A program made the position numbers and the translations under genes. Under the pieces are notes generated by a model. That model had not been told where the DNA came from, ran no database searches, and worked only from the letters and a program-made list of their open reading frames with translations. This document shows, piece after piece, positions 6,327-16,174 of a DNA stretch of 64,000 nucleotides. Source of the DNA: Candidatus Magasanikbacteria bacterium RIFCSPHIGHO2_02_FULL_48_18 (GTDB taxonomy: Bacteria; Patescibacteriota; Patescibacteriia; Magasanikbacterales; UBA922); NCBI GenBank assembly GCA_001784285.1, contig MFQC01000009.1:8828-72827 (forward strand), read 5' to 3'. The stretch's first letter is position 1; every line of letters starts with the position of its first letter.

Positions 6327-9300
6327 TTACTTCTGCTCCGGCACCACAATAATAACACCATGATAATAGGTCCATCGTTCTTTGTTATAATTATCCTCAC
6401 ACTCTTTATTTCCTCCGGCATTAAAATCATTATACAACCCCTCCTCACTCGGAATCATATCCTTATTCTTCCCGCCCGGAATCCATGCCGGGCCGCCGGT
6501 CGCGGAACTCTTTGACGCGTTGCACCAACCCCAGTTGTCAAGGACCTGTACCCGCGGGCGGTACGCGCACACTTTGGACGGTTCATAGCCAACCAAATCC
6601 ACGACGCCTTTTTTCTGCCACTCGGTGAGCGCGGAAAAATCCACATTCGCGCTTCCTGAAGAACATTCATACGTATACTCGGCCTTAAACGGCTTGTCGA
6701 CGCACGCGCGGTCGCTGTTGCCAAAGCGCGGTTTATTGTATGAATCAGTGTATGTTTGTTGGTACGATGGAAGATCTTTTTCCTTATAACACAAGAGGTC
6801 GTCAAATCCGAGAGCATGCGGACAATCGTCTTCTTTGTCGTACGCTTTGCAGGTCATAAGGTCGGGAAGCTGTTCTGAGCCGCCGCCCCAACACACCCCA
6901 ATATCGCCTTCGGAGAATTCGCAGAACGGTTTGTAGTTTTCGTAATACCCATGCGTTTTTTCGTTCGTAATATAACCGGTTGCCGAATCGTCCCAATCAA
7001 TCATAATGCGCCGGATGGGCATATGATTATCGTCGGCCGCGACAAAAAATTCGGCTGTGGCTTTGAACGTTTTTTGGGCTATATGCATGGTCGGTTCCGG
7101 CGCGTTGTTTGGCGCTTCGTCCGGATCATTATTGGGATCACGATCATAATTATACTTTGTGCCATTTTTTCCTGTAACAGTAAAATTGTGTTTGTCACCC
7201 GCAGTACATGGTCCATGTTCTCCATAACAACGGTATGGATTGAGCGAATAGACAACAGGCGGGCGATTATTGGTTGGTTTGTTATACTCTGATCCTTCAT
7301 CCCATGCCGTTTTACTCTCAAACTCATCCGGCTTCTCGCCCGTTTTGCGCATTTTTATAGAAAATGTTTTTGCAAACAATTGAGCGAGCCGACTCTTGCC
7401 AATATAATCCGGATCATAACTAGCATAATATGACCCAATGCCAAATTCCATATCACCGGGAATCGTTAAACCATCGCCCAAACTACTGCATCGGAAATCA
7501 TTGGTACCACTCCAATCCGGGATTGTTTGCCACATGTAATCCCATAAATAATCTGAACCACTTGGACCAATATTATCATCCGCCACGGGTTCGGCATTCA
7601 GTTCATTCGTACCCGCATAGATATTTTTTCCAAACAATTTTCCGCATGCGTATGGAACGCCCTGGTTATCATTAAAAGTATATTTGCGTAAGATACTATC
7701 GGTTTCCAAATCATCTTCAATTAAATCGAGAGACCCATATGGTGGATTTTCTGTTTCAAACCATTTTACCTCATCACTGAAAAATTTTGGTTCGCCTACA
7801 TCCCAGTGGGGTGATGGCGGATAAATTTGAGATGCCTGCCACACACGATTGGTCCACGCCTTATTCGTCGGTTGATCCGTATCAATCTTGGTGTCATCGT
7901 AGACGCTCGCAAATTCAGTACATCGGGGGTTGAGCTCAACCAGAACAGAGAGAAGCGCATGTCTTCCTACAGCATGATTTTTAACATCGTCATCATCATT
8001 TTTATATCTCTCGCTATATTTATACCACAAATTACCCCCGTCATAAGAGAGTTTTCCATCTCCATTATTGAATCGAATCATCCACACATTGTATGGCGCT
8101 TTCGCTTGTGTTTCTATAGGCACATTATACAAACTTTCTTCAATTATACTACGATATATTGTGTTTCCATCATCTTCTCCACTTTGGAAAATAGCGATAC
8201 CATAGACATGCTTTCCGTCATTAGAATCCCCTGTATACGCATCTTTGTTTATTCCAAAAAATTGCACAGCCTGAAATTTCTTTGTTTTGCCGAGAGCAAA
8301 TTCTTTCACACTAAAAGCATACGTTTCATCTTTTGGCGCATCCTCATGAAGAGGAGACTGGGGATTGTCTATTTTCATTGCTTGGAGATTTTCAAAATCT
8401 ATTTCAAGCCCTGGATAAAAATGAGGTAAATTGAGTTCATTATAAGCACCCGGATCTCCTGCCAACATCATCGGGCCCATATGAAATTTCTTGACATCTT
8501 GTTCATACAGATCCCCCTGCATTCGATAATCCTTGCCAAAGGTACCAATAATATACTTGGCAATAGGAGTCTTTCCTTTTCCATCTTCATCCCAAGCCTT
8601 TGTCTCTTCTACGTCGGTATATATATAACCGGAAGCATCCGTGACCGGAATTTTTTCGCTCAGCATGGACCACCAGCCCGGGCTGTCAATCCATAATACT
8701 TCCGTATTGGGACTTCCTTTCCCATCGTTAATGCCATGCCAACCATACAATTTCATAAACGTATATATTTTTTTCTGGTACGCTAAAGACTGCAATTTCA
8801 AATCGCTTCCGAGCTCGCCGGTAGTCGCCCCCTTTGGAATATTCATGGGTGGGAGATCGGCGATATTATCATATTGCGTACCGCCATCTGACCACCATGT
8901 AACCCAAAGAGGAGGCGCATTCAAAAGTGAAGTCCAGCGCTCATCGCCAGTATCCCCCGCAAGATCGTCTATTTCTGGACCCAAAATATCTTCCAATTCA
9001 ATATATACCGGAGCATCGCTATCATCATAGGTAAGAGAATTAGAATGAAAAATTTTATAATACATATCCTTTGAATAAGTTAACCCAGAGCTAGGATAAG
9101 CATAATTTATTGCTTTCAACATTTCGACACCACTCAACACCATACTTTGGTTATAGGCCGGCGCGGCGGCGGCGACCGTGCAATACACCTGGCCCTTGCC
9201 ATTATTGGAATCCAATGCCACATCATAGCCGGTTGTCGGATCGTTGTTATAAATATCAACACCGGTCACATTGACGTCCAACGGCAACCATGTTTGACAT

Positions 9301-12300
9301 GCATAGAGGCCGGTGCCACCTCCCAATGGGCGGCTGAGATCGCGCTCCAGACAAAAACCGCTTGTTCCCACGTGCATGGATTTGTTGGTATAAGGCGATT
9401 CTTTGCAAATCAATCCGTCGCCGCACTGACCGTCGTCGGTTTGGCATGGCTTGCCTATATTTCCCGCGTCTTCCACTTCGCCCGACCCCGAAAGGCCCGA
9501 ATCCGCCGGCAATTGACACGTTCTCGGACCGTGGCTTGCTTGCCCGAGCGGCCAATACCCAACATTGCCATCCGCATATTCGTTAACGAGATAACTGCAC
9601 GAACAGTCGCCCTTTTGGCAGATATTCGCTTTGTCGTATCCTTCTATTTTTTGCGTATATAATTTGAAAAACGAAGGCGACGGCGTGTTTCCTTCCACGT
9701 CTTTTTGTAGATCTTTTGCAAAATTGACCGGAAACGGACTGTCTTCTTCCGGATAGACTTTACAGCTTGCCGGGATAAGATCATCCTTGGTAAATTCATC
9801 CTTTTCACCCAAGCCCGAAATTGGGTAGACGCATTCGCCGCTGTAACACTTTCCTTTGCTGTCCTCGCCGCATAAGGCTCCATCATTTTTCGGCACTACA
9901 TTGCCAGAGACTGTTTTAAAACAAGAACTTTGATCCGGATTGGACGACGAATCGGCATAAAATTTGTACGCGAGGTAGCTGGTTTTCCCGGTCGTGCCGC
10001 TGTCAATGCCAATATAGGTAAAATCATTGATTTGGTATCGGTTAAAAAGCGAGTAGCCCGTATACTCCGGATCGCCATACCACGTCGTGTCGCGGGCAAT
10101 GTATTTTTCTTCAGTCAAAAACTTGGACTCATGCGGGTAATCGCTCTGTTCCACCCAATCCACGCAATCTTTGCCATCTCGTTCGGTGCATGCCCGATAA
10201 TCTTCGCACACGTCAAGCGTCAGTCCCGTTTCTTGCTGTTGTTTTGTCTGCGACGACCGGCAGGCCAGCCACTCGGCGCATACGCGATCGCGATTCACTT
10301 TCAAAATGATATTGCTGTCCCCGCCGGACACGCTACTTGCTTGTTTTGGCGAGACCAAATTGTCATTATTTTTTTCGCTGTCCGTATACGTCGCCTGGGC
10401 AAGATACGGACGGGTTGACTCGTCCACCTTATTCAACAACACGCACCCTTCTTTTAAGCTCACCTTGCCGCCGCATTCGTCAATACGATTGGTAATAGTA
10501 CTGTTGAAAATAACGGGATATGGGGTGCCGTTCGGATATTTGGCCGTTTTGTCAACCGGATCAACCAACTCGGTACAGCCATTAAATTGTTCCGGGCACT
10601 GCCCCACCAATCCATCATATTGAAATGCGCCATTGGAATAAATACCAAACGATGTGTCGGCAAGAATATACCCCGGATAACACGGAATTTTATTTTTATT
10701 TTGGCACATGCCGGAAGCGCATTCTTGATCGGCAGTACACAATGATCCGTTGGTACATTCGCCCACATCTTTCTTTACCCACCCGGAACGGGTAATACCG
10801 GTCTTGTCGACAAAAGACTCCTGATAGACGCATTGCGCGTTGCCATTTTTGAGCGGATCTTTAAAGAAAGACACCGTGTTTCCGGAATTGAACTGGCCGC
10901 ATCCGAGCAAATCCTCGCGGCACAGCACGCCTTCCGGACCAAGATATTTGTCCGGATTGTTTTTGATGTACTCTTTCTCAAAAGAATATGATCCCGCCGC
11001 AGTAAACCCGTCCGGGACCGCCTGTTCGCGCAATGCGATTTTTTCACATCCCAAAAATGCCTGATCGCACACGGTATTTTTGGTTTTGGTAAGGAAAATG
11101 GGGTCGTTTTCGGGCGTATCCGCGCCAATCAGCACGCTCGAATCATCCACAAACAAAATATCCGGCGAGGTATTGGTGCTGTTTTGTTGCACGGCAAGAA
11201 ATGTCACAAACGGCTGCAACTCAAATTTCCCAAAAGAATACGTTGCATCGGGCAATGCTATGGGGCCGGGAATATAACATATTTTTGAACCGGTTGGAGG
11301 CGTGCAGGTATGGTTGGCTCCATTCAAATTAACCGTGCAGGTATTCCCAGACGAGGTATTTTTATAGCACGCAATGTTGTAGACGATCCGGTCTTCCGCG
11401 CCATCCATGGCAATGGTATTTTGGGTGTCATATAGCGCGGTACATCCGACTGCTTCTGGCCGGCAGAGCGACGCAAAACCGGTCGCGTACCACAGCGTAT
11501 TTTGCGTATCCGTGTACATTTGACATCCCAACGCTTCGCCCGGCAACCCGTCGGTCGGGTCGCTGTCGCACGCTATAGGCGCGTTTGCACTCACCAATCC
11601 GCCCTCATACTCTATCGTGCGTTGCCATGAATTTTTGATAAGATGATATTGATCCACGAGACGCGTCAGGCGCACATTGTCCAGAAAATATCCTCCCGGT
11701 GTACCTTCGCGTTTGAATACCAAAGAAACCGGATCGGTTGTGTTGCCGGTAAATTGAACAGGACCGATATGATACAATTGCCAGGACTCCTGGAGCTCGA
11801 TTTTATTTTCCTTGTTCAAGAGAGGATCAAAGGTAAAATACCAGCTCGTCTCTGTCTTGCCATTTTGCGACAAGTTGATGGACAATTGTTGCCCCGCGAC
11901 GCCGCGCGCCCAGAACGAAAGCTCGTACCAATTGGCGGCATCCTCTGCATTGCCGCTTTGGATGGTTCCGGTTGCAATGATCCGTTCCACTTTTTCGGTA
12001 TTGACCAATAACGAATACAGCCCGACTTGGATAGATTCGGCCGCGACGGAAATGCTTCCGGCGGCGATATCGACTTTTTTCCAATCTTTTTTGGCATCGT
12101 TCAGGGCGTTTGCGTCGTCTCCGGACGGTTCAAAAATATCAAGAAATACCTGTTCGACATTGTTTCCCGAATTGCCTACATACAAACGGCACCCGCTGGC
12201 TTCTTTGGGACAAGCATTTGCCTGGCCGGGCGTATTGATGGTGTTATACACGCACGATCCTCCGGAGGCCGGATTATTTTCGTCGGGTTTGTATGCTCCG

Positions 12301-15300
12301 CCGTTCGCGCACACCATACAGCTCGCGGTACTCTCTGCCCACAATCCTTTTCGTTCGGCGCACAATTGTTTGGACGTATCGAGCGACAAAAGATCGTCTT
12401 TGACCAAGGTTACACTGGTTTTGCGCAATGGATGGCACAATTCATCGACCAGCGCGACCTCCGACAATACGCGATAAAACACCTGCCCGCTTTTATCATA
12501 GAGCGCACGACAATCAAGGCTTGCCGCGTCAATACTCCCGGGATTATTCACTAATATGCTATAGGTATCTTCATTGCACACGGCCTGTAAATTTTTGAGC
12601 GCCATATAACTCGTGTCCGCGTACGCGGGGGATCCTTTCGGGTAAGCGGCCGTGAGCGCATTTTTTACCACTGTATCTGTGACTAAATCAAACATCTTCG
12701 TGAGATACGAATTTTTGGTATCGTCGATCTGGAGCAGGCGATGCGTCCGCAAGACATACCCCTTCTGCACCGACCCTTCCCACGAATAAAATATTTTTTC
12801 ATTATCATCGGCCGGTTTTTCACAATAGGTGAGATCCGTGTAATATTCCAAACCTTCGCCGCCTTTTTCCACAGTATCGATATTGGTAAATTCATCACAG
12901 CCTTCATACGCAACCGTACAGGAGAGTCCCTGTTCTTTCATGAGATCTTGCGCGTATGTCGGCACAAAATACAATGGAAATTGCGCCCCCTCAAAATTGG
13001 TCTCCGCTTGCTTGTACGCGTCATACCCGACACAGCTCAGATCGCACTGATTATTTCCAATAAGCGCGGGAACCGCAGGTCCGCCCGCAAGCGGGGTATA
13101 GGCATCGCACCCAACTTCTTCGGCAACGCACGCTCCCGCAAAGTTGCCGCATTCGGGATTGCCGGAAAGAAAATTCAAATCCGCTTTTTTCTTTGGGTAT
13201 TCAATCGCCTCGGTTCCCGCATTGGTATCATAACATCCCAAATAGTCCGGCGCTTTTTTGAGATACAGGGTATTCTCCGGGCTCGTATCTTTCACATACG
13301 CGTTTGCCGCCGCGTCGAATACGCGAGGATAAAAGGCCGAACAGCCCTCATTGTCTCCGGTACACGTTTGCGAAGCGATTTTTGCATTGAAATAAAGTGT
13401 TGGATTTCTCCCCGCTTTTTTATACTCTTTCCATATTCCCGAATCGAGCATGCCCGGATATACCCATGCTTCATTGACCTGTTCCGCCCCATACGCGGAA
13501 CACCCCACGGATTGGGCCGAACACTCCCCGTACTCAAGCGTTCGCGTGAGGTAGGATGACACTGTGTTCGTTCCCGCGTTGACAAATGTTTGACAGGAAG
13601 TAAATGGCAAAGGACACGAATCTCCCGGTATTCTCCAGGTATTTTCTTCCTTTGTGCAGTATCCATAGAGTTGCGGCGCCTCGCACACGCTGTTTGGCCC
13701 TTCTGAAATGCATGTAGAAAAATCAAGACATTCTTCCATGCGCTTTGCGCCATCGCTCGTCAGCAATTGATCGCTATACCCATAGGCCATACAGCGGGTT
13801 TCCGGAACTCGAATCACCCAGTTCGGATCAATAAGATGACAATATGGATATTCCGCGCTCGGCGCTCCGCTTGGGTGGCACTGATCAAATCCTTTGACAA
13901 CCTCTTCAAGCTTCCATGGGTTGTCGGACGGCGACTTGAGCGCGGCAATTTCAAACCCAATGGGAAGAATGCGCGCTTTTCGTATTTTTTGGATATTGGA
14001 ATAACAATAGGCCTCGCGGAAACAATTGCGGTCCCGATTTTGCAATTCTCGTTTGGGAGAAATCAACTCCCAGTCGCCATGCAAAAACGACCCTTTCGTG
14101 TCAGCGAGCGCTTCGCCAATGGTCATGGCCCGGCCGGTCTTTGCCTGCGCGATGGCGTTTGCAAGCCCTTGTTCCATGACACAATTATTGATGCCAACCG
14201 GAGTATTGCCCTCCGGACACGCGGTAAATTGCTGAACGATATTAAAATTTTCTATCTGAACAGGCGTCTTGGTCAATAAAAAGCCAAAGACCTGTTGTGC
14301 AATGCTCTTTTTACTTGCTCCGCTTGGCGATTGGGAATACGGGTTGACCACCGAATCCGGATTTGCCGCGTCTTCTCCTCCTCCGCCTGAGGAAGGAAAC
14401 AATCCTCCGGTCAATAATTGCTCCAACAACTGCGTCGTCAAGGTATTCAAAAATACCGACGCGGCATACGGAAGTATTTGAATGGTTGGCGCGGCGTAAA
14501 TAGCACTAATCTGCCCGGCAGTAATTTCTTTTGATTTCAATCCAGTCAATTCCTTCGATTCTTCTTTGACCAGTTGTGCCGGTGAAATAGTTGTTCCGGA
14601 AATAAGTTCTTTCACTGCCTTAAAGCCGTCTCCTTCCATCCGCTCTTGGAGAGCGCCCAATTCCTGCTGGAAACTTTTCTGCCGCACCTGGCCCAAAGCG
14701 CCGAGCGAAACTCCAAAATCCGTACTGTCCGCGTTGAGAGAGGCGCTAAATGATTCGGCAATAAATTTTTGTCCGTAGGGACCGAATTTTTCTTCAAACG
14801 CTTCCGGGCTATACGCATTTTTGAGATCTTGCCAGGAACAATCCAGCCCTCCACCCATAAATTTTTGACTTAATCCCAACTGCAGACTGATTTGCAACGC
14901 TAAATTTGGCTGACAAATATCTATCCCAAATGCTTTTTCCCCCAACGTCTGGATGGATTGCGCGGCGGCATCAAGCGCCACATTTTCAAAATAGGTGGCC
15001 GCCCCTTCCTGAAAGACCAACGGCTCTTCGCCAGCCGCTTTGGTGGAAAGCCATGTCGCGGCGTCGTACGCCAACTTATTTAAAAAATAGGATACACCTT
15101 CAATGAGGGCGCTTAATCCCCCAGCAAGGAGACTCTGCCACATGTTGAAATCCAATTTTTTTTCCGCTTTTTCGGCCAGCGCTCTGGCTTCATTTCTGGC
15201 TTGAATGGCTTCGCGTTGGGCAGTCGCAGGCGCGTCAGTCCATTGTGCAAAGACCATTGTCGGAAAAAAAGAAAAAAGAAAAAGACAGAGACAAAAAATT

Positions 15301-15362
15301 GGCTTCATTTTTGAAGAAAAAAAATGGAAATAATGTTGTTTTCTTGAAAAGAAAGGAATCAT
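6327..15362 (-). CDS. Giant secreted Cys-rich surface protein, 3011 aa.
   Basis: A single uninterrupted ORF. The N-terminus MIPFFSRKQHYFHFFSSKMKPIFCLCLFLFSFFPTMVFAQ looks like a signal peptide; MKP at 15308 is an alternative start. The ATG overlaps the upstream gene's TGA, giving ATGA at 15359-15362. The protein has many Cys and Gly/Asn/Asp-rich stretches. No confident domain could be assigned by eye. Confidence 0.8.
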   Translation of the reverse strand: MIPFFSRKQHYFHFFSSKMKPIFCLCLFLFSFFPTMVFAQWTDAPATAQREAIQARNEARALAEKAEKKLDFNMWQSLLAGGLSALIEGVSYFLNKLAYDAATWLSTKAAGEEPLVFQEGAATYFENVALDAAAQSIQTLGEKAFGIDICQPNLALQISLQLGLSQKFMGGGLDCSWQDLKNAYSPEAFEEKFGPYGQKFIAESFSASLNADSTDFGVSLGALGQVRQKSFQQELGALQERMEGDGFKAVKELISGTTISPAQLVKEESKELTGLKSKEITAGQISAIYAAPTIQILPYAASVFLNTLTTQLLEQLLTGGLFPSSGGGGEDAANPDSVVNPYSQSPSGASKKSIAQQVFGFLLTKTPVQIENFNIVQQFTACPEGNTPVGINNCVMEQGLANAIAQAKTGRAMTIGEALADTKGSFLHGDWELISPKRELQNRDRNCFREAYCYSNIQKIRKARILPIGFEIAALKSPSDNPWKLEEVVKGFDQCHPSGAPSAEYPYCHLIDPNWVIRVPETRCMAYGYSDQLLTSDGAKRMEECLDFSTCISEGPNSVCEAPQLYGYCTKEENTWRIPGDSCPLPFTSCQTFVNAGTNTVSSYLTRTLEYGECSAQSVGCSAYGAEQVNEAWVYPGMLDSGIWKEYKKAGRNPTLYFNAKIASQTCTGDNEGCSAFYPRVFDAAANAYVKDTSPENTLYLKKAPDYLGCYDTNAGTEAIEYPKKKADLNFLSGNPECGNFAGACVAEEVGCDAYTPLAGGPAVPALIGNNQCDLSCVGYDAYKQAETNFEGAQFPLYFVPTYAQDLMKEQGLSCTVAYEGCDEFTNIDTVEKGGEGLEYYTDLTYCEKPADDNEKIFYSWEGSVQKGYVLRTHRLLQIDDTKNSYLTKMFDLVTDTVVKNALTAAYPKGSPAYADTSYMALKNLQAVCNEDTYSILVNNPGSIDAASLDCRALYDKSGQVFYRVLSEVALVDELCHPLRKTSVTLVKDDLLSLDTSKQLCAERKGLWAESTASCMVCANGGAYKPDENNPASGGSCVYNTINTPGQANACPKEASGCRLYVGNSGNNVEQVFLDIFEPSGDDANALNDAKKDWKKVDIAAGSISVAAESIQVGLYSLLVNTEKVERIIATGTIQSGNAEDAANWYELSFWARGVAGQQLSINLSQNGKTETSWYFTFDPLLNKENKIELQESWQLYHIGPVQFTGNTTDPVSLVFKREGTPGGYFLDNVRLTRLVDQYHLIKNSWQRTIEYEGGLVSANAPIACDSDPTDGLPGEALGCQMYTDTQNTLWYATGFASLCRPEAVGCTALYDTQNTIAMDGAEDRIVYNIACYKNTSSGNTCTVNLNGANHTCTPPTGSKICYIPGPIALPDATYSFGKFELQPFVTFLAVQQNSTNTSPDILFVDDSSVLIGADTPENDPIFLTKTKNTVCDQAFLGCEKIALREQAVPDGFTAAGSYSFEKEYIKNNPDKYLGPEGVLCREDLLGCGQFNSGNTVSFFKDPLKNGNAQCVYQESFVDKTGITRSGWVKKDVGECTNGSLCTADQECASGMCQNKNKIPCYPGYILADTSFGIYSNGAFQYDGLVGQCPEQFNGCTELVDPVDKTAKYPNGTPYPVIFNSTITNRIDECGGKVSLKEGCVLLNKVDESTRPYLAQATYTDSEKNNDNLVSPKQASSVSGGDSNIILKVNRDRVCAEWLACRSSQTKQQQETGLTLDVCEDYRACTERDGKDCVDWVEQSDYPHESKFLTEEKYIARDTTWYGDPEYTGYSLFNRYQINDFTYIGIDSGTTGKTSYLAYKFYADSSSNPDQSSCFKTVSGNVVPKNDGALCGEDSKGKCYSGECVYPISGLGEKDEFTKDDLIPASCKVYPEEDSPFPVNFAKDLQKDVEGNTPSPSFFKLYTQKIEGYDKANICQKGDCSCSYLVNEYADGNVGYWPLGQASHGPRTCQLPADSGLSGSGEVEDAGNIGKPCQTDDGQCGDGLICKESPYTNKSMHVGTSGFCLERDLSRPLGGGTGLYACQTWLPLDVNVTGVDIYNNDPTTGYDVALDSNNGKGQVYCTVAAAAPAYNQSMVLSGVEMLKAINYAYPSSGLTYSKDMYYKIFHSNSLTYDDSDAPVYIELEDILGPEIDDLAGDTGDERWTSLLNAPPLWVTWWSDGGTQYDNIADLPPMNIPKGATTGELGSDLKLQSLAYQKKIYTFMKLYGWHGINDGKGSPNTEVLWIDSPGWWSMLSEKIPVTDASGYIYTDVEETKAWDEDGKGKTPIAKYIIGTFGKDYRMQGDLYEQDVKKFHMGPMMLAGDPGAYNELNLPHFYPGLEIDFENLQAMKIDNPQSPLHEDAPKDETYAFSVKEFALGKTKKFQAVQFFGINKDAYTGDSNDGKHVYGIAIFQSGEDDGNTIYRSIIEESLYNVPIETQAKAPYNVWMIRFNNGDGKLSYDGGNLWYKYSERYKNDDDDVKNHAVGRHALLSVLVELNPRCTEFASVYDDTKIDTDQPTNKAWTNRVWQASQIYPPSPHWDVGEPKFFSDEVKWFETENPPYGSLDLIEDDLETDSILRKYTFNDNQGVPYACGKLFGKNIYAGTNELNAEPVADDNIGPSGSDYLWDYMWQTIPDWSGTNDFRCSSLGDGLTIPGDMEFGIGSYYASYDPDYIGKSRLAQLFAKTFSIKMRKTGEKPDEFESKTAWDEGSEYNKPTNNRPPVVYSLNPYRCYGEHGPCTAGDKHNFTVTGKNGTKYNYDRDPNNDPDEAPNNAPEPTMHIAQKTFKATAEFFVAADDNHMPIRRIMIDWDDSATGYITNEKTHGYYENYKPFCEFSEGDIGVCWGGGSEQLPDLMTCKAYDKEDDCPHALGFDDLLCYKEKDLPSYQQTYTDSYNKPRFGNSDRACVDKPFKAEYTYECSSGSANVDFSALTEWQKKGVVDLVGYEPSKVCAYRPRVQVLDNWGWCNASKSSATGGPAWIPGGKNKDMIPSEEGLYNDFNAGGNKECEDNYNKERWTYYHGVIIVVPEQK

Positions 15363-16060
15363 AGTTCTTCCTCAACACCAAGAGATGACGATGCGGTTTG
15401 ATTCGCCTGAAGTTCGGCGAGTGATTCTTCTGAAAGAATGCCGCTGTTCATAATCTGCTGTACTACCTGAACAAGCGTATTATCATCAATTTGTGACAAT
15501 TCTTCTTCGGTCATCTTGCCGGAAGCAAGCAACAATTCCCGTATTTGTTGAGGGCTATTGAGGAGGACATCAAAATCAATAGTGGATGATGTCTTATTTA
15601 CCACAGAATTGGCATAGTTTAAAATATCAGACACATCATTCGCCTGCTGAAATAATTCGGTACTGATATTTTTTGGTTGCCCCATCTCTTCGGATATGGT
15701 CCGGGTCGAACAACCCTGGCTATCCGGACAGAGCGGATCCGTCCCTGTATTTATTTCTTCTTTGTCCCCCACCCGATCGGAGTCCGTATCCGGCAGATAC
15801 GGACTGGTTTGGTAAAAATACAATTCTTCGTAATCATTGAGCCCGTCTTTGTCCGTATCAATACCCTGGAGCCGCGCGGTTTCGTCCATCACAAAGGCCG
15901 GCTTTGCCGGCGCCGATTTTTTTCGAGAAAGAAACGGACCGTAAATGGTATTCCGCATTTGAAAAAATCCCAACCCTACCGCTAAAATAGCAAAAAGAAG
16001 CAATAAGGCAAAACCGACCTTTTGCTCTTTGGTCAAATGTTGTGACGGGGTGTGTGCCAT
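15359..16060 (-). CDS. Membrane-anchored calcium-binding protein with thrombospondin-type-3 or dockerin-like D-x-D-x-D-G repeats.
   Basis: An N-terminal transmembrane segment reads VGFALLLLFAILAVGLGFF. Two Ca-binding-like repeats follow, DTDKDGLNDYEE and DTDSDRVGDKEE. The protein is translationally coupled to the giant ORF. Confidence 0.6.
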   Translation of the reverse strand: MAHTPSQHLTKEQKVGFALLLLFAILAVGLGFFQMRNTIYGPFLSRKKSAPAKPAFVMDETARLQGIDTDKDGLNDYEELYFYQTSPYLPDTDSDRVGDKEEINTGTDPLCPDSQGCSTRTISEEMGQPKNISTELFQQANDVSDILNYANSVVNKTSSTIDFDVLLNSPQQIRELLLASGKMTEEELSQIDDNTLVQVVQQIMNSGILSEESLAELQANQTASSSLGVEEEL

Positions 16061-16174
16061 ACAGGCATTCGCAATTTGTGCGGAGAGTATAGTATAGTAT
16101 GCCTAGCCTCGAGTATAACAAAAAAAAACAAAACAAACAATCAATAACTGGGGAAATCTTATACATGATCGCCT

